From an uncultured Fidelibacterota bacterium (lineage in GTDB: Bacteria; Fidelibacterota; Marinisomatia; Marinisomatales; UBA1611), in contig CAJWHW010000016.1 in the NCBI GenBank assembly GCA_913040915.1, positions 1-42,901 on the forward strand: a stretch of DNA of 42,901 bases, given 5' to 3'. The position numbers and the translations under genes are program-made. Position 1 is the stretch's first letter. Each line of letters starts with the position of its first letter. This document shows positions 1-10,135 of this stretch, one piece after another. The notes beneath the pieces were generated by a model. The model ran no database searches, was not told where the DNA came from, and saw nothing but the letters and a program-made list of their open reading frames with translations.

Positions 1-55
1 CTATTGTACCTATGTTCACGTGGGGCTTCGTTCTCTCAAATTTTTCCTTAGCCAT
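1..55 (-). CDS. tuf: Elongation factor Tu, 5' end only (runs off the window)
   Basis: Reverse complement reads MAKEKFERTKPHVNIGTI; AGGAG RBS upstream; follows the Thr-Tyr-Gly-Thr tRNA cluster. Confidence 0.97.
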   Translation of the reverse strand, partial: MAKEKFERTKPHVNIGTI

Positions 56-107
56 TGCTTAGAAACTCCTTATATTGGTTTTTAATTTTCTTTATTTAAC
101 TTCGGCG

Positions 108-180
<73 letters not shown>

Positions 181-186
181 AACTCG

Positions 187-257
187 AGCGAGTGATCGGG
201 ATCGAACCGACATCACCAGCTTGGAAGGCTGGGGTTCTACCATTGAACTACACTCGC
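187..257 (-). tRNA. tRNA-Gly(TCC)
   Basis: GCGAGTG/CACTCGC acceptor stem, CCAGC-CTTCCAA-GCTGG anticodon arm, GGTTCGATCC T arm. Confidence 0.97.
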
Positions 258-261
258 AAAG

Positions 262-344
262 TGGGGAGAGAAGGATTCGAACCTCCGAAGGCATACGCCG
301 GCAGATTTACAGTCTGCTCCCTTTGGCCGCTCGGGCATCTCCCC
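262..344 (-). tRNA. tRNA-Tyr(GTA)
   Basis: GGGGAGA/TCTCCCC acceptor stem, GCAGA-CTGTAAA-TCTGC anticodon arm, long variable arm, GGTTCGAATCC. Confidence 0.97.
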
Positions 345-377
345 CAATAAACTTTTTTTTCAAAAAACATAAATTAG

Positions 378-450
378 AGCCACCGAGAGGACTCGAACCT
401 CCGACCGACTGATTACAAATCAGTTGCTCTACCAACTGAGCTACGGTGGC
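378..450 (-). tRNA. tRNA-Thr(TGT)
   Basis: GCCACCG/CGGTGGC acceptor stem, ACTGA-TTTGTAA-TCAGT anticodon arm, GGTTCGAGTCC. Confidence 0.97.
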
Positions 451-634
451 ATAGACAAATTCGTATAAGAATTAATTATTTGGTTGGTTTAATTTAAAAT
501 GGATACCCAAACTGTAAGTTTACGAACATATGTCAATGCTATGCACAGCCTCGTAATTTAAGATGTTAATTAAAAATAATTCAATATATATTTATAAAAA
601 AATATTAAAAAGCGGTTTTTGGCATAAAGTTTGC

Positions 635-2026
635 TTATTGAATTTTTTTTGGTATTTGACCATAGGGAGAATCATCGACAAACCACCCTCTGCCCTTTAA
701 TTCATTTCTAATGGCATCTGACCTGTCCCAATTCTTTTCTTCCCTTGCTTTTTGTCTTTGACGCAATAGCTTATTTATTTCTTCGGGCACATCAAATTTC
801 TCTTTTCGGATAAATCCAAAAATAGAATCAAATAGTTGTAAGAATTTCCAAGCTTCTCCTAATTCTTGTTGCGTAACAGAATTATTGTCCATTTTTGCAT
901 TAAAAGATTTCATCCATTCAAAGAAGACTGCTAGTGCCTTAGGTGTATCCAAATCATCATCCATTGTATCTTTAAATCTAGTATATACTTCAGGTAGCAT
1001 ATTTCCTGAAAATTGCACTGCATTGTTTTTTTCAAGACGAAAATAAAAGTCGGATATTCGCTCTATAACTCGGTCCCCTTCCTTCTTTTTATCAAGTGAA
1101 AAATTCACTTTGGTTCTGTAATGCCCAGCCAACAGTTGATAGCGAATACATTCAGGTGTAAAACCTGCTTCTTTCAAATCTTCCATATGATAAAAATTAT
1201 CTAATGATTTACTCATTTTGCCACCATCAATTAAAAGATGTTCAGAATGTAACCATATATTCACAAAGGGTTCACCACTAGCACATTGACTCTGGGCAAT
1301 TTCATTTTCATGATGTGGGAACATATTGTCCACACCACCACAGTGAATATCAAAATGATTGCCTAAAAATTCAGTGCTCATTGCTGAGCATTCAATATGC
1401 CAACCAGGACGTCCTCTGCCCCAGGGAGCATCCCAAAATATAGAACCGTCATCTTCTTTCCATCCTTTCCAGAGTGCAAAATCCTGTGGGGTATCTTTCT
1501 TATATTCATCATCTGCAATACGATCACCAACCCTTTGATCAACGAGATTTATATTTGTCAAGCGGCCGTAATCAGGAAATGAACTAATATTAAAATAAAC
1601 TGATCCATCATCTTCTCTATATGCGTAACCCTTACGTAACAGTTTTTCGATTATGTTAATCATTTTAGGAATGGAATTAGTTGCTTTTGGATATTTATCT
1701 GCTGGTATCATTTTCAGCCATTCAAAATCTTCCATGAAAAATTTCGTGTATTTTTCAGTAAACTCTGAAAGACTTACATTTAATTCCTGAGCTTTTTTAA
1801 TTGTCTTATCATCAATATCTGTGATATTCATGACATGAATTACTTCATATCCTGAATGAGTCAACCATCGTTTTAACAAATCTTCAAACATAAAAGTTCT
1901 GAAGTTTCCAATATGAGCATAATCATATACAGTAGGCCCACAAGTATATAGCCCGATTTTCCCATCTTCAATTGGATGAAATTCTTCTTTTTTTCTTTTT
2001 ATTGAATTATAAAACCGGAGTGCCAT
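635..2026 (-). CDS. cysS: Cysteine--tRNA ligase
   Basis: CGPTVY, HIGN, DFALWK, GRPGWHIECSAM, FPHHENE and KMSKS motifs. Confidence 0.98.
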   Translation of the reverse strand: MALRFYNSIKRKKEEFHPIEDGKIGLYTCGPTVYDYAHIGNFRTFMFEDLLKRWLTHSGYEVIHVMNITDIDDKTIKKAQELNVSLSEFTEKYTKFFMEDFEWLKMIPADKYPKATNSIPKMINIIEKLLRKGYAYREDDGSVYFNISSFPDYGRLTNINLVDQRVGDRIADDEYKKDTPQDFALWKGWKEDDGSIFWDAPWGRGRPGWHIECSAMSTEFLGNHFDIHCGGVDNMFPHHENEIAQSQCASGEPFVNIWLHSEHLLIDGGKMSKSLDNFYHMEDLKEAGFTPECIRYQLLAGHYRTKVNFSLDKKKEGDRVIERISDFYFRLEKNNAVQFSGNMLPEVYTRFKDTMDDDLDTPKALAVFFEWMKSFNAKMDNNSVTQQELGEAWKFLQLFDSIFGFIRKEKFDVPEEINKLLRQRQKAREEKNWDRSDAIRNELKGRGWFVDDSPYGQIPKKIQ

Positions 2027-2917
2027 TTACAAGCTGATTTCTATGATATTTTTTACCAGTTCATCAAAACTCATTCCTGCTACATTGACAGATTTTGGTA
2101 CTAAACTTGTTGATGTCATACCAGGAAGAGTGTTCATTTCTAAAAAATAATATTCCTGCTTATTATTCAAAATGTAATCTGCTCTAGCATAAACACCACA
2201 GCCTAATTTCTGAAAGATTTTTTCAGTATCTTTTTGAATTGTTTTTGTTAGATCAATTGGTAGATCTGCAGGGCAAATATACCGACTCATACCTGGGATA
2301 TATTTACATTCATAATCATAAAGCTCATGAGATGGTTTAATTTCAATAATTGGATAGGCCTTGTCACTTAATACAGTAACAGTTAATTCATTACCTTGTA
2401 TATATTCTTCCGCCATAACTGAGTTACTATAGGTGAAGGCTTTCTGAATTGCAGATTTAATTTCTGATTCATTATAAACCATAGTCAACCCAACAGTGCT
2501 CCCTTGATCATTAGGCTTTATCACGTATGGCATAGCTAATGCTGGAAGATGATTTTTTGAATCTAACATTTCCCAATTTGGTGTTGGAATATTATTATCT
2601 TTCGCAATTATTTTACTTTTATTTTTGTCCATACAGAGCGCCGATGATTCAGACCCAGACCCCGTATTTTTAATTCCATTTTCATTCATCCATGACTGTA
2701 TTTTCCCATTTTCACCAATTCCACCATGAAGCGCATTAAAAATAATATCCTGGCTTTTTAAACCTTTCAATAATCTGTAATAATTAGATCGAAATGAAAA
2801 TTCAGAAACTATGTACCCTAATCTATTACAGGCTTCAGTAACTGCCTGCCCAGTCATCAATGAAATTTCTCTCTCTTCACTGAGGCCTCCCATAAGAATA
2901 CCGATTTTTAAGGGCAT
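2027..2917 (-). CDS. ddl: D-alanine--D-alanine ligase
   Basis: GGLSEEREISL, LHGGIGENG, GSTVG, YDYECKY omega loop, LEMNTLPGMT. Confidence 0.96.
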   Translation of the reverse strand: MPLKIGILMGGLSEEREISLMTGQAVTEACNRLGYIVSEFSFRSNYYRLLKGLKSQDIIFNALHGGIGENGKIQSWMNENGIKNTGSGSESSALCMDKNKSKIIAKDNNIPTPNWEMLDSKNHLPALAMPYVIKPNDQGSTVGLTMVYNESEIKSAIQKAFTYSNSVMAEEYIQGNELTVTVLSDKAYPIIEIKPSHELYDYECKYIPGMSRYICPADLPIDLTKTIQKDTEKIFQKLGCGVYARADYILNNKQEYYFLEMNTLPGMTSTSLVPKSVNVAGMSFDELVKNIIEISL

Positions 2918-3450
2918 AACTTCCCTGCTCCTTCAGACAAATCTTTGACGATAAAGGTTGGGGTTTCATATTGAGAAAGGGTATCTATTGTTTCCATCCC
3001 TCTGCCAGTGAGAACAAGCATTGTATCCATACCCAGCATTTCCCCTGCTCCCATATCTGCAGTTGAATCACCAATTATCAAACAATCCAATAAATTTAAA
3101 TTATGTTCAGATTCAGCTTCTAAAAACATACCAGGCCCCGGTTTTCGTCTTTCTGTAGCTTGATTAGGATGGTCATGGCAGGTATAGATCCCCAAGAGAG
3201 GAATTCCATTTTTGCGAAATTCTTTTTTGATGAAATCATGAATCTCATTCAGCTTATTCATTTTTATAAGACCACGATCAATGCCTGATTGATTTGTCAC
3301 AATACAAAATCTGTTTCCTGCTTTAGAAATTTTTTTCAATGCAGGGATTGTAAAATCATAAAAAGCAAAGTCATTCAATGAACTGATGTAACCGGGGTCA
3401 GGATTCAGCGTTCCATCTCGATCAAGAAAAATACAATTATATTTTTTCAT
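2908..3450 (-). CDS. gmhB: HAD-IIIA phosphatase, D-glycero-D-manno-heptose 1,7-bisphosphate phosphatase-like
   Basis: FLDRDGTLN, VTNQSGI, RKPGPGM, IGD motifs. Confidence 0.85.
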   Translation of the reverse strand: MKKYNCIFLDRDGTLNPDPGYISSLNDFAFYDFTIPALKKISKAGNRFCIVTNQSGIDRGLIKMNKLNEIHDFIKKEFRKNGIPLLGIYTCHDHPNQATERRKPGPGMFLEAESEHNLNLLDCLIIGDSTADMGAGEMLGMDTMLVLTGRGMETIDTLSQYETPTFIVKDLSEGAGKLCP

Positions 3451-4424
3451 GTGGCTTGCTCCATATTAATGTCCTTCATCCTTACACTTCCCAATAAAAA
3501 GTATACAGCACCAACAATTACCAGCGGAAAGTAAGACACGGCATGGGAAACTATAGCATATCTAAGTGCTTGTTGGCCCCCAATACCAAAAACTAACATC
3601 AAACTGTACTTGATTCCGGCATCATAAGTCCCAGCAGAACCTGGGAGAGCTGGAATTCCAATCGCAACACTACCTAATATCAATAAAATACCTGTACCGA
3701 TGTAACCAATATTCAAACCACACGAATCCAACATAATCAATGTAACTATAAAATAAAATAACCAGAGAACAAAGCTTAAAAATATGATTAACCCTGTATG
3801 GTTTGTTTTTACAATAATAGTTATACCATCAAAAACCTTATTCAATAAAGAAAAAACGGTTTTTCCTAACTTTGTATCAGAGATGGACAATTCTCCAATT
3901 TTATCAATACATTGAAATTTATAAACAACATAGACCAAAGCAATACTTATGATGGTAATACTTGCAAATACAAAAATACCAAGCCTAATCCATTTATGGT
4001 CAAAAGGAAACCATGGAATTGTAAGTATGAATAAAATCAAAACCATCAAAAGGTCTAATATTCTTTCCAAAATTACTGTTCCAAATGCTTGAGAGACAGT
4101 CAGTTTCCGATTTGCTGCCAAAGAATAAGCCCTTAGTAATTCTCCTAAGCGAAAGGCTAAAACGCCATTACCAAAATAACCGATCATAGTGGCTACAAAA
4201 ACAGGTTTCAGATGAATGCTTTGAATAGGATTTAATATTAATTGCCATCGGTACGCTCTTACAATGCAACTTACCAGCAGCAAAGCACATGCTAATAATA
4301 CTCCATTCATGTTCACCTGTTGAATTTGATAAAACAGTTCTCCCAGATTTTCACCCTTAAAAGCAAAATAGATACCAATAATGGAAAATACAGTACCAAT
4401 AATTAGTTTTATATATTTATTCAC
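3447..4424 (-). CDS. Lysylphosphatidylglycerol-synthase TM-domain (flippase-like, UPF0104) membrane protein
   Basis: Multi-TM; RAYRW, FRLGELLR, ERILD, PGSAGTYD motifs. Confidence 0.85.
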   Translation of the reverse strand: MNKYIKLIIGTVFSIIGIYFAFKGENLGELFYQIQQVNMNGVLLACALLLVSCIVRAYRWQLILNPIQSIHLKPVFVATMIGYFGNGVLAFRLGELLRAYSLAANRKLTVSQAFGTVILERILDLLMVLILFILTIPWFPFDHKWIRLGIFVFASITIISIALVYVVYKFQCIDKIGELSISDTKLGKTVFSLLNKVFDGITIIVKTNHTGLIIFLSFVLWLFYFIVTLIMLDSCGLNIGYIGTGILLILGSVAIGIPALPGSAGTYDAGIKYSLMLVFGIGGQQALRYAIVSHAVSYFPLVIVGAVYFLLGSVRMKDINMEQAT

Positions 4425-4992
4425 GCAGGTCTATTATCTCAAATTCAGATAGATCAATTTCACCAACGCTTTTACCAATTGCAGGTTCCACGTAAATAAT
4501 TTTTATTCTAACTTCTGATTCTTCTCCAGTCCTTAAGTAGATCTCTCTTGGCTGACCGCTGTCATGTAAAGTCCAGATCGCTCCTTTCAAACCCCAATTT
4601 TTTAAATTAAAAGGAATTCTATATCCTTTCTTTTCGATTATCCATTCACCCTTTACAATTGAATCTTGAGAACCGGTTAATATGTCAAATATAGTGATTT
4701 CGCCTGGAATAATCGCATCGAGAATAATTTGCCTAGTAACCTTATTGATTGTTGTTATTTTACCCCTTTCATAAATAAGTCGCTGGTCAAAAGTATCAAA
4801 GATATAATTAGCTTCTCCAAAAAAATAGAATAGGCCATTCGATTCAAATCGTTCGCCAAATTGTTCTTGGAAAAAATTAATTTTCATTACCTTTCCTCCA
4901 TCTTGATGCATATAATTTAGGAACTGTTGATACGGCTCATTCTTAGCCAATAGAAAAGCAAGAAAGCTTAAATAAAAAAGAGTATTTTTCAC
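4417..4992 (-). CDS. Exported LolA-like lipoprotein carrier (GTG start)
   Basis: Signal peptide, about 190 aa, directly after ftsK (conserved ftsK-lolA synteny), C-terminal EIIDLRE. Confidence 0.6.
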   Translation of the reverse strand: MKNTLFYLSFLAFLLAKNEPYQQFLNYMHQDGGKVMKINFFQEQFGERFESNGLFYFFGEANYIFDTFDQRLIYERGKITTINKVTRQIILDAIIPGEITIFDILTGSQDSIVKGEWIIEKKGYRIPFNLKNWGLKGAIWTLHDSGQPREIYLRTGEESEVRIKIIYVEPAIGKSVGEIDLSEFEIIDLRE

Positions 4993-4999
4993 AAAATAA

Positions 5000-7363
5000 T
5001 TAATCCCGAATCATTTCGAGATAGGATTCATCCACAAGTACTTCTCTTGCCTTACTACCTGTAAAAGGTCCCACAACACCAGTTTGTTCCATCTCATCAA
5101 TTAATCGGGCTGCTCTGGAGTAACCAACTTTGAGTCGTCTTTGCAGCAATGAGATTGAACCTTGTTGATGGGTAATAACCAATGCCACAGCTTCATTAAA
5201 AAGTTCATCGATTCCACCATCACCATCACCAGAAAATTCCGTAACCTGTGCTTCCCGAATAGATGGAAGCATAAATCCTTCTGGTTTCGGTTGTCCGGAC
5301 ACATGATTCATTATCGCTTGAATTTCTTCTAAAGATAGGAAAGCATTATGCATCCTGAACACATCGGAACTTCCAGTGCCTAAATGCAGCATATCTCCAC
5401 GGCCAATCAATTTATCTGCACCAGGCTGATCAATAATGGTTCGTGAATCAATTTTACTGGCAACCTGAAAGGCAATACGCGAAGGAAAGTTTGCTTTTAT
5501 TACTCCTGTTATTACATCTACAGAAGGTCGTTGTGTGGCAATAACTAGATGAATTCCAACAGCTCGTGCTAATTGGGCTAAACGCGCGATGGGAGCTTCA
5601 ACATCTTTGGCAGAAAGCATCATTAAATCAGCCAACTCATCCACAACCAGTACAATATAAGGCATGATTGATTCACGGGATCTTTCCATTTTTTCATTAT
5701 ACTCACTAATATTTCTTACCACAGCATCCGCCAGAACATTATATCTTCGATCCATTTCCTTTTCCAAAGCCCGCAGTGCTAAAATAGCATTGTCTACTGA
5801 AGTAACAATAGGTTCTGAAATATCTTCCATTTGCAAGAGATGATATCCTTCTAATTGACGGTAAAGAGTCATTTCTACTTTTTTAGGATCAATCATAACA
5901 AATTTTACTTCTTCCGGTGTTGCTCGATAAAGAATAGAACAGATGATTGTATTTATACAAACAGATTTTCCTGATCCTGTTGTTCCTGCAATGAGTAAAT
6001 GTGGCATTTTAGATAAATCAAGACAACTGATTTCACCTGAAGTTGTTTTACCAACAGCCAAAGTCAACATAGACTCTGCTTCTGCAAATTCGGGGCTGTT
6101 CACAACTGATTTGAAAAATACTGTAGCTGGATTTCGGTTTGGGATTTCAATCCCTACTGATGATTTTCCAGGAATAGGAGCAATCACCCTGACACTACTG
6201 GCTTCCATGACACGGGCAAGATCATCTGCCAATTGAACAAATTTATTCACACGGACACCCTCTGCAGGCTCCACTTCAAATAAAGTAATAACAGGTCCAG
6301 GGTGTACATTTACAACTTTGCCATCAACGCCATAAGTAGCCAATGACTGAGTTAAGTAATTGGCTCTTTCTACTAACTCATCGCGGGTCAAAGAATCTGA
6401 AATATTTACCGGATTTTCTAATAGTTCTGAAGATGGTAATACATATTCCTGTTTTGGTGTTTTTCGTTCCACCACTTCATCTATATCAATCTCCTCAATT
6501 TGAGCCATTTCTTCAATATTAGGGGATTGATCATCTTGAATTGGTGCATCTTGCTCCTGATTTTCTAATTCATGTCCAATGTCATTATCATATAGCTCTG
6601 TAGTCCGTTCATCAATCTCATTACTATCTTCATCTGTTTTAATTTTAGCTGTTTCACTCGAATGAATTTCTTCTTCAACTTGCTGTTCATCTTCTAAATC
6701 CTTGGAGATAATCTCTAAGGCATCCTGTTCCTTTTTTTCATCAATTTTTGCTTTTAATTCCTGAGTATGCTTTCGTTTTGCTTCTTCTTTTTCAAACTTC
6801 TCTTTTTCTGCTATCTTTTCATTTCGCCATGAGTTCAATTTCTCTTTAAATTCGACAAATGGGGCATAATAATCTAGATTGAAATAGCCTCTTACCAGCA
6901 TAAGAAATCCGGAAATGAGAAATAAAATTGTACCCCAAATTGAGAGCATATCCAAAAATAATTGTGCTATATTTCCACCAGTTAGCCCTGATGCTAGATA
7001 ACTCAAATTTCCATCTAATGGAAATTGAATACTGATGACTCCAATTGTAATGGAAAGCATCATCATGGCTCCAAGGCTGTACCAAGTTATTCTAAGAATT
7101 TCACTTAAGTCCTTTTTAGCAAAAAGAAACCAGCCCCAGCCTAAACCAAGTAAAGGAGCAATGATAGTTGAGTAACCAAAACCAAGTTTAATAAAAAAGT
7201 GAGCAGTGAAAATGCCAAGGATACCCATGGGGTTAGTAACTTGGACATTAGATGAAATGGATGGTTCTTCGCTAGAGTTATAGCCGCAGAGACTAACTAA
7301 AACGAAAACGGAAAGCGCGATAGTAAGTATTCCGAGGATTTCTAAACGACGTTCTTCCTGCAT
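5000..7363 (-). CDS. ftsK: DNA translocase FtsK
   Basis: N-terminal TMs, acidic linker, PHLLIAGTTGSGKS, DELADLM, ATQRPSVDVITG, gamma domain LQRRLKVGYSRAARL. Confidence 0.98.
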   Translation of the reverse strand: MQEERRLEILGILTIALSVFVLVSLCGYNSSEEPSISSNVQVTNPMGILGIFTAHFFIKLGFGYSTIIAPLLGLGWGWFLFAKKDLSEILRITWYSLGAMMMLSITIGVISIQFPLDGNLSYLASGLTGGNIAQLFLDMLSIWGTILFLISGFLMLVRGYFNLDYYAPFVEFKEKLNSWRNEKIAEKEKFEKEEAKRKHTQELKAKIDEKKEQDALEIISKDLEDEQQVEEEIHSSETAKIKTDEDSNEIDERTTELYDNDIGHELENQEQDAPIQDDQSPNIEEMAQIEEIDIDEVVERKTPKQEYVLPSSELLENPVNISDSLTRDELVERANYLTQSLATYGVDGKVVNVHPGPVITLFEVEPAEGVRVNKFVQLADDLARVMEASSVRVIAPIPGKSSVGIEIPNRNPATVFFKSVVNSPEFAEAESMLTLAVGKTTSGEISCLDLSKMPHLLIAGTTGSGKSVCINTIICSILYRATPEEVKFVMIDPKKVEMTLYRQLEGYHLLQMEDISEPIVTSVDNAILALRALEKEMDRRYNVLADAVVRNISEYNEKMERSRESIMPYIVLVVDELADLMMLSAKDVEAPIARLAQLARAVGIHLVIATQRPSVDVITGVIKANFPSRIAFQVASKIDSRTIIDQPGADKLIGRGDMLHLGTGSSDVFRMHNAFLSLEEIQAIMNHVSGQPKPEGFMLPSIREAQVTEFSGDGDGGIDELFNEAVALVITHQQGSISLLQRRLKVGYSRAARLIDEMEQTGVVGPFTGSKAREVLVDESYLEMIRD

Positions 7364-7449
7364 TTAATATTCTTTAGTATGTGGTTTATTGATTATCGAT
7401 TTTACGGATATTACAAGAGAGATTGAATAAGAAATCTACCCACCATCCT

Positions 7450-7482
7450 AAAAAACCAAAAACCCCACGAATGTGGGGTTTG
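7450..7482 (-). terminator. Intrinsic terminator after yaaA
   Basis: Minus strand AAACCCCAC-ATTC-GTGGGGTTT followed by TTGGTTTTTT. Confidence 0.8.
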
Positions 7483-7504
7483 ATCTAAAAATCAAAATAT
7501 TAAA

Positions 7505-8281
7505 TTATGAACTATAACGAGTAAATACTGGATCTAATTCAGTACTTAACGTTTTATTATAAGAATATCCATCTAAATTGAAAGAAAGAATATCTTTTGG
7601 ATCTTCGATTCGGTTTTGAATAATATATCGAGCCATCATTCCTCGAGCTTTCTTTGCATAAAAAGATATCATTCTATATTTACCATTCTTGTTTTCTTTA
7701 AATTGGGGAGTTATTACTCTAGATGCTTGCAGATCAGAATTATTAATTGATTTAAAATACTCTATAGATGCACAGTTAATGATACTACTATTTCTATGTA
7801 CTTTGAGCTCTTGATTGAGGGAGTTGGAAAGAGAACTATTCCAGTAAAAATATAAATTTTTTCCTGATTCATTTTCTAATTTTGTACCCATTTCTAAACG
7901 ATACGGTTGAATCAAGTCTAGTGGTTTTAATATACCATAGAGACCAGATAAAATACGTGTATTATCCTGTGCAAAAGTAATATCACTAGCAGAAAGTGTG
8001 AAAGCATCTAAACCTGAATAAGTATCGCCCATAAAAGTAAAAATAGCCTCTCGAGATGTTTCTGGTCCAGAAGAGCTTGACCATGACTGGTACCGTTCCC
8101 AATTAAGCTCAGAAAGTTTTTTACTTATTCCCATCAATGATTGAAGTTTTGGAGGATCAAATTCCTTTATTTTATTTACAAGATTTTGTGATGCATCTAA
8201 AAATTGAGGATAACTATGGTTAGTACCAAAAGCAGAACACTCACTTGATAGTTTTTTTGCTGGTGAAAGAACTGTAATCAT
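7505..8281 (-). CDS. yaaA: Peroxide-stress protein YaaA (DUF328)
   Basis: LSPAKKL, ILSGLYG, PYRLEMG, SFYAKKARG motifs. Confidence 0.95.
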   Translation of the reverse strand: MITVLSPAKKLSSECSAFGTNHSYPQFLDASQNLVNKIKEFDPPKLQSLMGISKKLSELNWERYQSWSSSSGPETSREAIFTFMGDTYSGLDAFTLSASDITFAQDNTRILSGLYGILKPLDLIQPYRLEMGTKLENESGKNLYFYWNSSLSNSLNQELKVHRNSSIINCASIEYFKSINNSDLQASRVITPQFKENKNGKYRMISFYAKKARGMMARYIIQNRIEDPKDILSFNLDGYSYNKTLSTELDPVFTRYSS

Positions 8282-8458
8282 GGTTATAATTTAGCAAAAA
8301 TCCATTGGAAAAATTAGACTAAGAAGAATGACAAGAAATTTATTAAAATTAATGGATATTAGAACCTTTTAATAGTTAATATGCATTATTATATCCAAAA
8401 TAATTTCTTGAATAAGAAATCAAAAACATCATTGGCTTTTCTCTATAAGATAAGAAAA

Positions 8459-10018
8459 ATGGATTTAAAAATATACTCGATTATTTTAGTATTATTTGCT
8501 TTTGTTCTTGGATGCAAACAAACAAAATATGATATGCCACCAAACATCTTAATTTGTATTGCCGATGATGCTGGTCATATGGGGAAATATCACTCATGGG
8601 TAAATACACCTGCATTTGATCGTGTTGCAAATGAAGGATTACTTTTTAAAAATGCATATACTCCTAATGCAAAATGTGCCCCTTCGAGAGCTTCATTGCT
8701 TACTGCTAGAAATTCATGGCAACTTAAAGAAGCAGCAAATCATTTTAATAATTTCCCTACTGAATACAAAACATATCCTGAGGTTTTAAAAGAATTTGGA
8801 TATTTTACAGGCCATACTGGTAAAGGATGGGGACCTGGAAACCCAGGACAAATAAATGGTAAAGAACGAGAACTTTGTGGTAGTGGATGGAATAGTAAAA
8901 AAACAGAGCCTCCTACTAAAAAGATGTCCCATAATAACTATTCAGAGAATTTTAAAGACTTTTTCAATCATAAGCCACATGGAAAACCCTTTTATTTCTG
9001 GTATGGAGGGTGGGAACCTCATAGAGGATTCGAATATGGGTCTTCTTTAAAAGCCGGTAAAAAACTGTCAGATATAAAAACAGTACCTGAATTTTTTCCT
9101 GATAATGAAGTAGTGCGTACAGATATTCTTGATTATGCATTGGAGATTGAATATTTTGATTCTCATGTTACAAAAATATTGAACTTTCTTGAAAGTGAAG
9201 GAGAGTTAGAAAATACTATAGTTATTGTAACTTCCGATCATGGAATGCCATTTCCACGCGCTAAAAGTGATGAGTATGATTATTCAAATCATATCCCTTT
9301 GGCAATTATGTGGGGAAATAATATAAAAAATCCGGGACGCGAAATAAATGAATACATTAGTTTCATAGATATTGCTCCAACCTTTTTTGATGCATTAGGA
9401 ATTAAATGGGAACAGTCCGGAATGAAGGAAACTCCCGGGATAAGTCTAATCCCATTTTTTAAAGGGGAGAACAAAAATTTTAGAGATTATGTTTTGATTG
9501 GGAAAGAGCGACATGATGTTGGTCGACCAAATGATTATGGTTATCCAATAAGAGGAATTGTTAAAGATGGTTGGATGTATTTACGAAATTACCGACCAGA
9601 TTTATGGCCTGCAGCAAATCCAGAATGTGGATATTCAACGGTTGATGGTAGCCCTACAAAAACTGAAGTTTTAAAATCGCGACATAATCCTAAAACTAAA
9701 TTTTATTGGGATCTGTCTTTTGGAAAAAGACCTGAAGAAGAACTTTTCTATTTGCCTGATGATAAGTTTTGCATAGAAAATCTTGCATATGAAGAAAAAT
9801 TTTATTCAATTAAAACAGAATTAATATTCAAGATGGAAGAAGAATTAAAAAAACAAGAAGACCCCAGAATGGTTGGTGATGGTGATATTTTTCATACTTA
9901 CTATTTTACATCAGATAAATATCGTAACCTGTACTCCAGAATAGTAAATGAAGGGAAAAATATTATTCCAGTATGGATTAATGAATCAGATATTGAGACT
10001 GATTTAATGGGAGAATAA
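8459..10018 (+). CDS. Cys-type S1 sulfatase, probable lipoprotein (N-sulfoglucosamine sulfohydrolase-like)
   Basis: PNILICIADD, CAPSR formylglycine motif, TGKGW, EPHR, TSDHG; start placed at MDLKIYSIILVLFAFVLGC (lipobox). Confidence 0.9.
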   Translation: MDLKIYSIILVLFAFVLGCKQTKYDMPPNILICIADDAGHMGKYHSWVNTPAFDRVANEGLLFKNAYTPNAKCAPSRASLLTARNSWQLKEAANHFNNFPTEYKTYPEVLKEFGYFTGHTGKGWGPGNPGQINGKERELCGSGWNSKKTEPPTKKMSHNNYSENFKDFFNHKPHGKPFYFWYGGWEPHRGFEYGSSLKAGKKLSDIKTVPEFFPDNEVVRTDILDYALEIEYFDSHVTKILNFLESEGELENTIVIVTSDHGMPFPRAKSDEYDYSNHIPLAIMWGNNIKNPGREINEYISFIDIAPTFFDALGIKWEQSGMKETPGISLIPFFKGENKNFRDYVLIGKERHDVGRPNDYGYPIRGIVKDGWMYLRNYRPDLWPAANPECGYSTVDGSPTKTEVLKSRHNPKTKFYWDLSFGKRPEEELFYLPDDKFCIENLAYEEKFYSIKTELIFKMEEELKKQEDPRMVGDGDIFHTYYFTSDKYRNLYSRIVNEGKNIIPVWINESDIETDLMGE

Positions 10019-10135
10019 GACTAATTAAGGCATTTAATTCTAAAATAGCTAAAAATAATAAGTATTTTGGTGCTAAAGCCCATTTATGTGCAGCTTAATA
10101 ATATAGAATACAGCAAAATATGATATAATATCTAA

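Noticed and set aside
511..536. Perfect TTGACA on the minus strand upstream of the tRNA cluster
   Set aside because: The nearest -10-like hexamer (TACAGT) is only 14 nt away, so a promoter cannot be called confidently
10019..10135. Minus-strand ILYHILLYSILLSC, resembling a decayed lipoprotein signal
   Set aside because: Too short and AT-rich to distinguish from chance
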